From: Chloroflexota bacterium
GTDB taxonomy: Bacteria > Chloroflexota > UBA6077 > SHYK01
Length of the DNA: 64,000 bases
Assembly: GCA_035652535.1 (NCBI GenBank)
Contig: DASRDP010000082.1
Span: 52,384 to 116,383, forward strand
Reading direction: 5' to 3'
Part shown: in pieces, positions 55,970 through 64,000 of the stretch
Layout: each line of letters begins with the position of its first letter
How positions within the stretch are numbered: position 1 is the stretch's first letter
Made by a program: the position numbers and the translations under genes
Notes under the pieces: model-generated
What the model saw: only the letters and a program-made list of their open reading frames with translations
What the model was told of the DNA's origin: nothing
Database searches by the model: none

Positions 55970-56419
55970 ATGGCAGTGTCAGCCCGACCCAAGGCGGAAG
56001 TCTTCTCCCTCAAGACGCCCCTCCTCTCCGCGGGGCGAACCACCACCTTCGTCTCTCGAACCGACCTCATGTCCATCGCCATCAAGGTGTACTCCGAGGG
56101 TGGGGAGAACGCGCCGCACACGCACCTCGCTGAGGATCACGCCTTTATCGTCCTCGAGGGCGAGGCCACGTTTTATGACGAGAACGAGACGGCGACTGTG
56201 GTCAGCAAGTACCAGGGGATTACGCTGCCCCGCGGCGCGTACTACTGGTTCAAGAGCACGGGCGACTGCAACCTGGTGCTCCTCCGCTGCGGCGCCAACG
56301 TGCCGGGCCACAAAGGCGATAGCCGGATTGATCCGAAGGGCGATCCGCTACCCGGCGAGTCCGAGGCCAACAAGCACATCGTTGGGGTCCCGATCCCGGG
56401 AAGGTTCTTCGGCGAATAG
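55970..56419 (+). CDS. cupin-domain protein
   Basis: 'ENAPHTHLAEDHAFIVLEGEATFYDENE' two-His cupin motif 1, and 'PRGAYYWFKSTG' motif 2. RBS AAAGGAG before the internal ATG. Confidence 0.7.
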   Translation: MAVSARPKAEVFSLKTPLLSAGRTTTFVSRTDLMSIAIKVYSEGGENAPHTHLAEDHAFIVLEGEATFYDENETATVVSKYQGITLPRGAYYWFKSTGDCNLVLLRCGANVPGHKGDSRIDPKGDPLPGESEANKHIVGVPIPGRFFGE

Positions 56420-56470
56420 GCGGCCACGCCCGTCGACGGACCCGCCGCCCACTGTCGTGCTGACCGCAGG

Positions 56471-56498
56471 GAAGCATCTCGGTCGGTGGAGATGCTTC
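56471..56498. terminator. perfect 10-bp inverted repeat (GAAGCATCTC-N8-GAGATGCTTC) between the convergent cupin and amidohydrolase genes
   Basis: Hairpin seen directly in the sequence. No U-tract on either side. Confidence 0.4.
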
Positions 56499-56530
56499 GG
56501 GCCCCGGCCTCAAGTTGACCGAGATGTGCG

Positions 56531-57616
56531 CTACACGGCCGCGGCGATCTGGAGGCCGTAGAGCCGCGCGGCGTTCTCCCGCACCAGGCGAGCCCGCGCG
56601 TCGCTCGGCAGCCCGCCCAGGTCCCTTTCGATCACTCGGCGCGAGTTGGGCCACGTCGAGTTGGGGTGCGGGTAGTCGTTGGACCACATGCAGTTCTCCG
56701 TTCCCCACCACTCCAGGTTGTGCCCGCCCACGGCGTCGTTGAAGAACGTCGCGTAGATCTGCCGGTTGAAGTACGCGCTCGGCTCCATGGTGATGGGAAG
56801 CGGGTTCGCCTCGCGGAAGCGGCGGTAATAATAGTCCCACTGCTGGAGGTAGAACGGGATCCACCCGATCTCGTTCTCCACCACGACGATCTTGAGGCGC
56901 GGGTAGCGCTCCAGAATCCCGAAGAAGATCAGGTCGAAGAGCGCGTTCGCCGCGTCGAGCGTCTTCAGGTTCACGCTTCCCCGATAATGCTCGGGCCCGG
57001 ATCGTCGGCCGACCCCTCCCTTGGAGTAGTTGTGCCCGGTGAGGATGTGTAGGCTAACGGGCATCTCCAACTCCTGGGCGGCGGCCCAGAAGGGGTCGTA
57101 GTGGCTCGAGTGCAGCGGCAGATCAGGATGCGGCGCCTGCCAGATGATGGCTCCCCGCATCCCGCCCTTGCGGGTGCGCTCCAGCTCCTTCACGGCGTGG
57201 TCGACGTCGTAAATGGCGATACAGCTCACGCCCACCAGCCGTTCCGGCGCCGCCTGACAGTAGTCCATCAGCCAGTCGTTGTAGACCCGAAAGCACGCTT
57301 CCTGCAGCCGCGCATCGTCCAGCCCGAAAAGGCTCAGCCCCAGCGTGGGGTAGAGCACCTCGGCGCTCACGCCGTCGGTCGACATCTCAGTCACGCGCTC
57401 GGCGGGGTCCCACCCGCCCGGGTGCGCCTGGAACCCCTCGCCCAGCTGGCGTGGCGGGAACTTCGGCGCCTGCTCCCGGAAGGCCGCGGGCAGCCCATCG
57501 ACCCACAGGTCCGGGTCCTCCGACACATGAGAATCCGCCGAGATGATGATCTCCTCGCTGCCGATGGCCGTGACCGCGCACATAGCTGCCTCCCTCCGCG
57601 CGTGCTGCCTCATCAT
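56531..57616 (-). CDS. amidohydrolase-2 family metal-dependent hydrolase (second paralogue)
   Basis: 'ISADSHV' HxH-like start, internal 'HILTGH', and C-terminal 'WSNDYPH'. Confidence 0.8.
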   Translation of the reverse strand: MMRQHARREAAMCAVTAIGSEEIIISADSHVSEDPDLWVDGLPAAFREQAPKFPPRQLGEGFQAHPGGWDPAERVTEMSTDGVSAEVLYPTLGLSLFGLDDARLQEACFRVYNDWLMDYCQAAPERLVGVSCIAIYDVDHAVKELERTRKGGMRGAIIWQAPHPDLPLHSSHYDPFWAAAQELEMPVSLHILTGHNYSKGGVGRRSGPEHYRGSVNLKTLDAANALFDLIFFGILERYPRLKIVVVENEIGWIPFYLQQWDYYYRRFREANPLPITMEPSAYFNRQIYATFFNDAVGGHNLEWWGTENCMWSNDYPHPNSTWPNSRRVIERDLGGLPSDARARLVRENAARLYGLQIAAAV

Positions 57617-57714
57617 ATACCGTCGGCCGGGCCGAAACGGACGCCGTCAGTCGATGCGCTGGGCGGCCGAATCGAGCTGCGATCTGCGCGCCCCGTGGCG
57701 CCCATCGGCCGCCG

Positions 57715-58542
57715 ATGAGCGTGGGCAACCTCGCCGTCGTCGCCGTTCGCAATGCGGATGCGACCGCCGTGGAGGCGGCCCTGCGGGACCTGAGCGCGAT
57801 CCTCCTCCCGCGCCGCGTCGTCCGTCCCACCCATGCGCTGGTCTACGGACGCTTCGCCGACGACGACTCAGCACGGCACGCGGTCGCGGATCTGCGCACG
57901 CGCGGCTGGTCGGCCGCCCAGCGCCCGGCGGATGACAGCGGCTGGATCGTCGCGTGGCGCAACCGGACCGCGCCGGTCGACGTCGACGGCGGACGGCTCA
58001 CGGTCGCCCTTCCCTGGTCGGAGCACCCCCGCGGCGACGGCTCGCTCGTAGAGATCGACCCTGGCGCGGCATTCGGCGCCGGGGGCCATCCGACGACCCG
58101 CTTGCTCCTCCAGGCGCTCTGCGACCGAATCCGGGGCGGCGATTCGGTCCTCGACATCGGCTGTGGCAGCGGTGTGCTGGCCATCTCCGCGGCGCGGCTC
58201 GGGGCCGACCGCGCCTTCGGGATCGACATCGATCCAGCAGCCGTCGCGGCCACTGACGCCAACGCCGAGTGGAACGGCCTCGCGGATCGGGTCACCGCGG
58301 CGCGAGCGCCCCTGGCGGAGGTCACGGGCCAGTTCGACGTCGTCGTGGCCAACATCGGCCGCGACACACTGATCGACATGGCGGCTGACATCGATCGGTT
58401 GCTCGCTCCCGGTGGGTGGCTGGGCCTCAGCGGCATCTCACCGGCCCAAATCTCGCTGGTGGGCGCCGCTTTCCGATTCGTCCGGATCGTGGACGCGCCG
58501 GAGCTGGACGAGTGGGCCGCCATCATCGCCCACCGCGCGTAG
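57715..58542 (+). CDS. prmA: ribosomal protein L11 methyltransferase
   Basis: 'FGAGGHPTTRLLL' and 'VLDIGCGSGVLAI' SAM motif. Confidence 0.8.
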   Translation: MSVGNLAVVAVRNADATAVEAALRDLSAILLPRRVVRPTHALVYGRFADDDSARHAVADLRTRGWSAAQRPADDSGWIVAWRNRTAPVDVDGGRLTVALPWSEHPRGDGSLVEIDPGAAFGAGGHPTTRLLLQALCDRIRGGDSVLDIGCGSGVLAISAARLGADRAFGIDIDPAAVAATDANAEWNGLADRVTAARAPLAEVTGQFDVVVANIGRDTLIDMAADIDRLLAPGGWLGLSGISPAQISLVGAAFRFVRIVDAPELDEWAAIIAHRA

Positions 58543-58546
58543 GTCC

Positions 58547-58576
58547 TCTCCCTCCTGGCAGGAGCAGGGGAGGGAA
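58547..58576. terminator. imperfect inverted repeat TCCCTCCTG...CAGGGGAGGGA between convergent prmA and the P450 gene
   Basis: Stem of 7-9 bp seen in sequence. No U-tract. Confidence 0.25.
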
Positions 58577-58580
58577 TGGG

Positions 58581-59963
58581 TCACGCGATCGGGCGCACGC
58601 GCATCATGAGGCCGTCGCGCGGCCGAAGCGTGATCTTCGGATCGAGCAGCACCGACTGCCCCGGCGCAAGCTCCAACCGATAGCGCTGCGCCATCATCGC
58701 CAGCGCGAGCTGCGCCTCCATCATGGCGAAGCCGTTCCCGATGCACTGGCGCGGGCCTCCCCCGAACGGGAAGTAGGCGTAGCGCGGCCGGCCGGCGGAA
58801 CGCTCGGGCGAGAATCGGTCGGGGTCCACGCCCTCCGGGTTCTCCCAGAAGTCCGGGTGGCGGTGCGTGATGAAGGGGCACAGGTACACCGTGGTGTGCG
58901 CAGGGATGTGGAAGCCGGCGATCTCGTCGTCCTCCATCGCCCGCCGCGAGAGGAGCCAGGCGGGCGGGTAGAGGCGGAGCGCCTCCTGAATCACCATCTC
59001 GGTATACGCCAGCCTGGGCAGATCCTCGACCGTGGGCGTGCGCCCCGCCAGCACGCGATCCAGCTCGGCGCGCAGCCGCTCGAGAACCTGCGGGGTGCGC
59101 GACAGCAGATACCAGGTCCAGGTGAGCGCTACCGCGGTCGTCTCGTGACCGGCCAGGAAGATGGTCATCGCCTCGTCGTGGACCTGTCGGTCGCTCATCC
59201 CCTCGCCGGTCTCCTCGTCCCGCGCGCTCATGAGCATGTCGAGGAGATCGTCGCGCGCCTCGCCCGACGCGCGGCGCTCCTGGATGATTCGATAGACGAT
59301 GCGGTCGAGAACGGCCAGCGCGCCCTGAAACCGCCGGGTCGAGGGGAGCGGCAGGCGGCCCGGAAGGTCGAAATACGACTGCATGCGGCGGAATGTGTAG
59401 TCGATGGAGACGTCGATGGCCCGGCCGATCTCGTCCGCCTCCTGGCGCACCTCTGAGCCCAGGAGCGCCCGAGCAACGACCGCCATGGTGAGCCGCATCA
59501 TCTCGGCCCGCACTTCGAGCGGCTGAGCGAAATCGACGTACGTCTGCCATCGGCGGAGCATCCGACCGACTTCGTCGGTGATCACCGTCCCCAGGAGCGC
59601 CAGCCGCTGGCGGTGGAACGCCGGCTGCGCGAGGCGGCGTTGGCGCAGCCACAAGCTTCCCTCGCTGGTGAAGAGCCCTTCGCCGATGACTGCCTTGAGC
59701 TTCTCGTTGTACCAGGGCACCTTGCCGTACTGCGCGTGGGCGTCTTGGAGCACGCGCTTCACGGCGTCCGGGTGGAGCAGCAGGTGACTCACGAACACCC
59801 CGCCCATGCGCAACCGCACCACGTCCCCATACGTCCGCCAGGCTTCGATCATGGTTCGCAATGGCGCGCGCCGCAGGTCGGGCGTGCTTCCGAAAAGCGG
59901 GTGGCCCCACGGACCTGGCGCCCGGCGGGCACCATGCGGCGTTGCGGATGGCTCTGTGGTCAT
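58581..59963 (-). CDS. cytochrome P450
   Basis: 'FPFGGGPRQCIGNGFAMMEA' heme-thiolate loop, 'ETLR' and 'AGHETT' I-helix motifs. Confidence 0.9.
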   Translation of the reverse strand: MTTEPSATPHGARRAPGPWGHPLFGSTPDLRRAPLRTMIEAWRTYGDVVRLRMGGVFVSHLLLHPDAVKRVLQDAHAQYGKVPWYNEKLKAVIGEGLFTSEGSLWLRQRRLAQPAFHRQRLALLGTVITDEVGRMLRRWQTYVDFAQPLEVRAEMMRLTMAVVARALLGSEVRQEADEIGRAIDVSIDYTFRRMQSYFDLPGRLPLPSTRRFQGALAVLDRIVYRIIQERRASGEARDDLLDMLMSARDEETGEGMSDRQVHDEAMTIFLAGHETTAVALTWTWYLLSRTPQVLERLRAELDRVLAGRTPTVEDLPRLAYTEMVIQEALRLYPPAWLLSRRAMEDDEIAGFHIPAHTTVYLCPFITHRHPDFWENPEGVDPDRFSPERSAGRPRYAYFPFGGGPRQCIGNGFAMMEAQLALAMMAQRYRLELAPGQSVLLDPKITLRPRDGLMMRVRPIA

Positions 59964-60047
59964 GGCATTACACTGCGGGCGTCCTGGAATGGCTTTCGCG
60001 GTTCAGCATCACAATTTTTGTCGAGTCTTGGCAAGGTAGGAGAGGGA

Positions 60048-60848
60048 ATGGATCTGGAGCTGGCGGGAAAAGCGGCCGTCGTCACGGGCGGCAGCCGGGG
60101 CATCGGCAAGGCAACGGCGCGGGAGCTGGCGCGGGAGGGCGTGGACGTGGCGATCGTGGCGCGCACCCAGGCGCCTCTGGAGGCGGCGGCGCGGGAGCTG
60201 AGCGGCGAGACAGGGCGTCGGGTCATCCCCGTCGTCGCCGACACCGGTATCGACGCGTCGGTCAAGGAGATGGTGCGCCAGGTGGCGGACGCCTTCGGCC
60301 GCATCGACATCCTGGTGAACTGCGCCGCGCAACCCGGGGGCCAGGCGCCCGCGCCCGGGCTCGCCGAGATCACCGACGATCTGTTCTGGGCGGACATCAA
60401 CGTCAAGGTCATGGGCTATCTGCGCTGCGCGCGCGAGGTCGCCCCCTACATGCAGCGCCAGGGCTGGGGGCGGATCATCAGCGTCAGTGGCCTCGGTGCC
60501 CGGCAGGCCGGGTCGCTCCTCACCAGCATCCGGAACGTGTCCGTCGTCGCGATGACCAAAAATCTCGCCGACGCCCTCGGCCGCTACGGGATCAACACGA
60601 CAGTGGTGCATCCGTCCACCACGCGCACCGAGGCAACGGCGGGGGTCGTGAAGTGGCGCGCCGAGCAGCAGGGAATCACGGAGGAAGAGGCAGAGCGGCA
60701 GCTTCACCAGAACAGTCTGATCGGGCGCATGGTGGAAGCGCGCGAGATCGCCTACGTCATCGCGTTCCTGGCGTCGCCGAAGTCCGTGGCCATCAACGGC
60801 GATGTGATCGCGGCGGGGGGCGGCGTCCGCGGCCCGATCTATTATTAG
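60048..60848 (+). CDS. short-chain dehydrogenase/reductase (SDR)
   Basis: 'VVTGGSRGIGKA' cofactor motif. Catalytic 'YxxxK' is degenerate or absent. RBS AGGAGAGGG before the ATG. Confidence 0.85.
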   Translation: MDLELAGKAAVVTGGSRGIGKATARELAREGVDVAIVARTQAPLEAAARELSGETGRRVIPVVADTGIDASVKEMVRQVADAFGRIDILVNCAAQPGGQAPAPGLAEITDDLFWADINVKVMGYLRCAREVAPYMQRQGWGRIISVSGLGARQAGSLLTSIRNVSVVAMTKNLADALGRYGINTTVVHPSTTRTEATAGVVKWRAEQQGITEEEAERQLHQNSLIGRMVEAREIAYVIAFLASPKSVAINGDVIAAGGGVRGPIYY

Positions 60849-62191
60849 CGCGACGCTCGCGAAGCGACCGAGCGCAGGTGGCGCACTTCGGGCGCGAGAG
60901 CCGCGACCCCCAGCGCCAGCGCCGCGCAGGAGGCCCCCATCACCTCCACGGTGAGCGGCGCGCCGATCGCGCTGGCGAGCGCGCCCGCGAAGAGGCTACC
61001 CAGGGGCACGAGGCCACGGTTCAGGAAGTACACGCCCATGACGCGGCCCCGCACCGACGGATCCGTATGGATCTGAACGATGGTGTTGGCCTGGGTCCCA
61101 TAGGCGGTGTCGCAGAGCCCGACCACCGACATCATGATCAGTGAGAGGGCAAACCACGCGGAGGCGCCGAACCCGATCATCCCCACACCGAAGACCGCGG
61201 CGCCGGCCAGCACGAAGGCGCCCTGGCGCTCCATGTTGCCGGCCGTGGCGATCACGACCGCGCCGGCGAGCGCCCCCAGCCCGAGCGAGGTGAGGAGGAG
61301 GCCCTGGCCGCCCGCCCCCACGTCCAGAATGTCGCGCGCGAAGATGGGGAGGAGGCTGGTGAAGGGCTGGCCCAGGACGGCCGGGATCAGCACGATCATC
61401 ATCACGCTTCGCACCGGTCGATTGCTCCAGATGTAGCGCGCCCCGTCGACGATGCCGGCAAGGAGCGACGATCGCTCCGCTCCCGTGGCCTCCATGGGCC
61501 GGGCCGACGACCGCGGCTCGTGGATCTGCGCTGTCCAGATCGTTCCCAGCGAGAAGATCAGCCCCTGGACCACGTAAGAGCCGCCGACATCGACGGCTGC
61601 GATGAGCGCGCCCGCGACCCCGGGGGCCACGCTGCGGCATGCGTTGAACGCCAGCGATTGAAGCCCGATGGCGTTGGCCAGGTGGCCCCGGTCGACGAGG
61701 TCGGGCACCATCGCCTGCCGGGCCGGTTGCTGGAACGCCATGACCACGCCCGCCAGAAGGGCCGTCGCGTAGACGTGCCAGGGCTCGACGAGCCGCGTGA
61801 TCACCAGGGCGGCGAGGACGAAGTTCAGGATCGCGTTGGTGACCTGGGAGATGATGAGCTGACGCTTGCGCCCATACCGGTCCGCGACGACGCCCGCGAG
61901 AACGCTGAACAGCAAGAGTGGGATCGCTCGGACAGCGCTCACGAGGCCGAGCTGCAGCGGCGAGCCCGTCAGCTCGTACATGAGCCAGCCCCGCGTTACC
62001 TGGTCCATCCATTGTCCGGTCGTGTTCCCTGCCTGGCCGAGCCACAGTAGCCGGTAGTCGCGAAACCGCAGCGCCTCGAATGTCCGAATACGAACCAGGC
62101 CGCGAACGTACCAGGGCGGGTGGAGCTCCGGGCGAGCCACCTCGCCGTCGACGGCCTCCCCGGCGGGAAGCGCGACCGGTTCGGTCGTCAT
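60845..62191 (-). CDS. MFS transporter
   Basis: 12 TM segments and 'GVVADRYGRKRQL' motif A. Confidence 0.8.
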   Translation of the reverse strand: MTTEPVALPAGEAVDGEVARPELHPPWYVRGLVRIRTFEALRFRDYRLLWLGQAGNTTGQWMDQVTRGWLMYELTGSPLQLGLVSAVRAIPLLLFSVLAGVVADRYGRKRQLIISQVTNAILNFVLAALVITRLVEPWHVYATALLAGVVMAFQQPARQAMVPDLVDRGHLANAIGLQSLAFNACRSVAPGVAGALIAAVDVGGSYVVQGLIFSLGTIWTAQIHEPRSSARPMEATGAERSSLLAGIVDGARYIWSNRPVRSVMMIVLIPAVLGQPFTSLLPIFARDILDVGAGGQGLLLTSLGLGALAGAVVIATAGNMERQGAFVLAGAAVFGVGMIGFGASAWFALSLIMMSVVGLCDTAYGTQANTIVQIHTDPSVRGRVMGVYFLNRGLVPLGSLFAGALASAIGAPLTVEVMGASCAALALGVAALAPEVRHLRSVASRASR

Positions 62192-62967
62192 CGCGGGCGA
62201 TCGGCACCGGCTGGCTCGGACGGGCTGCGCGATGCGCCCGGCGGCACTCTTCTCAAGATGTACTCCCGGACGACCGAGAGCGACTCTTCTGTGATCTGAT
62301 GGCCCATTGGGAATTCGTAGTACTCGGGGCGCAGCCCCGCCTCCACGAGGGTATCGCGCACCCGCCTGCCGCGTTCGATGGGCAGGGTCTGATCTTCCGT
62401 TCCGTGCACGACGAGGATGCTCCGGTCTCGCCGCGACGAGAGGACGGGGGTCAGCGCCTCCACCGCCGGAAGATGACCGCTCATCGCGACGACGCCGCCG
62501 AAGGGCTGCTCCGCCATGAGCCCAACGTGAATCGTCATCACCGCGCCCTGGGAGAAGCCCATGATCACGGTGCGCTCCCGCTCGGCGCCGATCTCCGCCA
62601 TCATCGCGTCCAGGAACGCCGTGAGGCGGTCACGGCTATCCACGACGGTGGCGGCCTGCATCTCATTCAGCTCATACCACGCCCATCCCGTGTACCCGAA
62701 ACCCAGGTCGACGGGCCGCGGCCCCTGGGGAAGGACCCAGCGATACCCCTCGGGGGCGATCTCCCCCGCCAGGCCGGCCAGGTCGCTGGCGTCCGCCCCG
62801 CGCCCGTGGATCGCGATGATGAGCGGCACGTCGGCCGACGAACCATCCGGGTCGATTCGTACGTATTTCAAGCCGTGCGCCTCGCCCCACGCGCCCCGCA
62901 TGTGTCCTCCTGCGACCATGGCGTCGGCTCGGCCGTTCCAATTCGCCGAGCTTCCGAATGAAGTCAA
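62188..62967 (-). CDS. alpha/beta hydrolase, phospholipase/carboxylesterase family
   Basis: 'IAIHGRGAD' and nucleophile elbow 'GFSQGA', with a C-terminal His. Confidence 0.8.
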   Translation of the reverse strand: MTSFGSSANWNGRADAMVAGGHMRGAWGEAHGLKYVRIDPDGSSADVPLIIAIHGRGADASDLAGLAGEIAPEGYRWVLPQGPRPVDLGFGYTGWAWYELNEMQAATVVDSRDRLTAFLDAMMAEIGAERERTVIMGFSQGAVMTIHVGLMAEQPFGGVVAMSGHLPAVEALTPVLSSRRDRSILVVHGTEDQTLPIERGRRVRDTLVEAGLRPEYYEFPMGHQITEESLSVVREYILRRVPPGASRSPSEPAGADRPR

Positions 62968-63033
62968 GGTGAGATGGCGTCTCGGTGCTTATGGCATGAT
63001 AGCGGCCACGAGGACGCCGCCGCCCGGGCCGGT

Positions 63034-64000
63034 TGGCGCGCGACGATCGTCGTGGGCAGCACCGACGCGCCCGCCGCCGGAGGTTTTGCTCCATCCTCCC
63101 GCGCATTCGCGCACGTCCCGTTCTCGTCTGTCTCGGCCTTCTCCTCCTTTGCGCAAGCGGCGCCGTCCTCGGCATCCGATACCTGCGAAGCGTCGAGGGG
63201 AACGACGCGCGGAACTGGATCATCGCCATCACGTCCTCCCTCATGGACCGCGCTCCCCATGCGACGGATGACACGGCGCCGCTGCGCTACCGAGTCTCCA
63301 ACCCGCTCGGCGTGAACACGTTCCTGGAGCAGGAGGCCGACCCCGAAAAACGCCGGCGAACCCTGGAGATGGCGCGCGACGCGGGCTTCCACTGGGTTCG
63401 CCAGCAGTTCCCGTGGGCCGACCTCGAGCCCGACGAAAAGGGGCGGTTCGTGGGGCAGTTCGGCGAGGACAGCTGGGCGAAGTACGACGAGATCGTCGCG
63501 CTGGCCAACGAGCTTGGGCTCGAGCTGATCGTACGCCTCGACACGACGCCGAAGTGGGCGCGGCCGGGAAACGCCCACGTGGCGACTCCACCCGACAACC
63601 TCGACGACTATGGCGACTACGTGGCCGCGGTCGTTGGACGGTATCGCGGCCGCGTCCGGTACTACCAGCTCTGGAATGAGCCGAACCTGTCAGTCGAATG
63701 GGGTATGCGGCCGGTCGACCCGGTGGCGGCGACCGCGCTGTTGCGCGTCGGCTACACGCGGGCGAAGGAGGCCGACCCGAACGCCGTGATCCTGGCGCCC
63801 GCCCTGGCGCCCACCATCGCGGACGACGCCTCCGCCGAGAACGACCTGCTCTTCCTCCAGCGCATGTACGACGCCGGCGCGGGCCCCTACTTCGACATCG
63901 GGTCCGTTCAGGCGTACGGGCTGCGCAATGGGCCCGACGACCACCGACTGCGCCCTGGCGACGTCAACTTCTCTCGCCCGATCCTCACCCGCGAGCTGAT
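63034..64000 (+). CDS. membrane-anchored glycoside hydrolase (GH5-like TIM-barrel with N-E-P acid/base motif). Partial, continues past the window end.
   Basis: Hand translation gives signal-anchor 'RARPVLVCLGLLLLCASGAVLGI', then 'GFHWVRQQFPWADLEP...YYQLWNEPNL'. No stop before 64000, so it is absent from the track. TTG start at ~63034 or ATG at ~63243. Confidence 0.55.

Noticed and set aside
59861-61144. 427-aa plus-strand ORF overlapping the SDR and MFS genes
   Set aside because: Arg/Gly-rich low-complexity translation. It overlaps two well-supported genes in other frames.
60996-62207. 403-aa alternative minus frame within the MFS gene
   Set aside because: Arg/Pro/Gly-rich, and the true MFS frame has 12 TM helices.
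1-64000. CRISPR arrays, rRNA, integrases/transposases
   Set aside because: No regularly spaced direct repeats. No rRNA-like conserved stretches. No ORF with integrase, transposase or recombinase motifs in any frame examined.

Overview
High-GC (roughly 68-70% by eye) bacterial chromosomal segment, densely coding on both strands. Many GTG/TTG starts and 4-nt GTGA/ATGA start-stop overlaps. No rRNA, tRNA or CRISPR found.

Main blocks, from translating the ORF track and reading intergenic DNA:
1. Partial peroxiredoxin-like gene running off the 5' edge.
2. Envelope-modification cluster: SAM methyltransferase, GT4 glycosyltransferase, UPF0104/MprF-like flippase-domain membrane protein, membrane-anchored LtaS-type sulfatase-family transferase.
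3. M23 peptidase plus an OmpR-type two-component pair.
4. Complete CysO-dependent cysteine biosynthesis locus (Mec/JAMM, CysM, CysO, ThiF-like E1, CysK) under an Rrf2 regulator with a recognisable AT-rich promoter.
5. TctC-family binding protein, two amidohydrolase-2 paralogues, map, coaE, a C45/AAT-like Ntn hydrolase, Gfo/Idh/MocA oxidoreductase, FIST protein, AI-2E transporter, GH65 phosphorylase.
6. ECF sigma / ZAS anti-sigma pair next to a Rieske oxygenase.
7. PSP1/RicT-like protein, holB, rmlC.
8. Degenerate VapB-PIN remnant overlapping the start of an eight-gene early-cobalt-insertion (anaerobic-type) cobalamin operon (cbiX, cbiC, cbiD, cbiET, cbiL, cbiF, cbiGH, cbiA).
9. Zn/Mn-type ABC uptake locus (ATPase, permease, DCC oxidoreductase, orphan receiver, TroA-like binding protein, Zur/Fur). 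A shared ATTGCA/ATTGCG motif sits in both of its promoter regions.
10. cNMP-binding protein, FKBP, two orphan family-5 solute-binding proteins, Bcp, MFS transporters, GT2.
11. A ~1.7 kb lower-GC island carrying three translationally coupled genes of unknown function.
12. Cupin, amidohydrolase, prmA, P450, SDR, esterase, and a partial membrane-anchored glycoside hydrolase at the 3' edge.

The low-GC three-gene cassette (about 54260-55847) is the best candidate for an undescribed system. Several repeat and operator-like elements are reported as separate findings.
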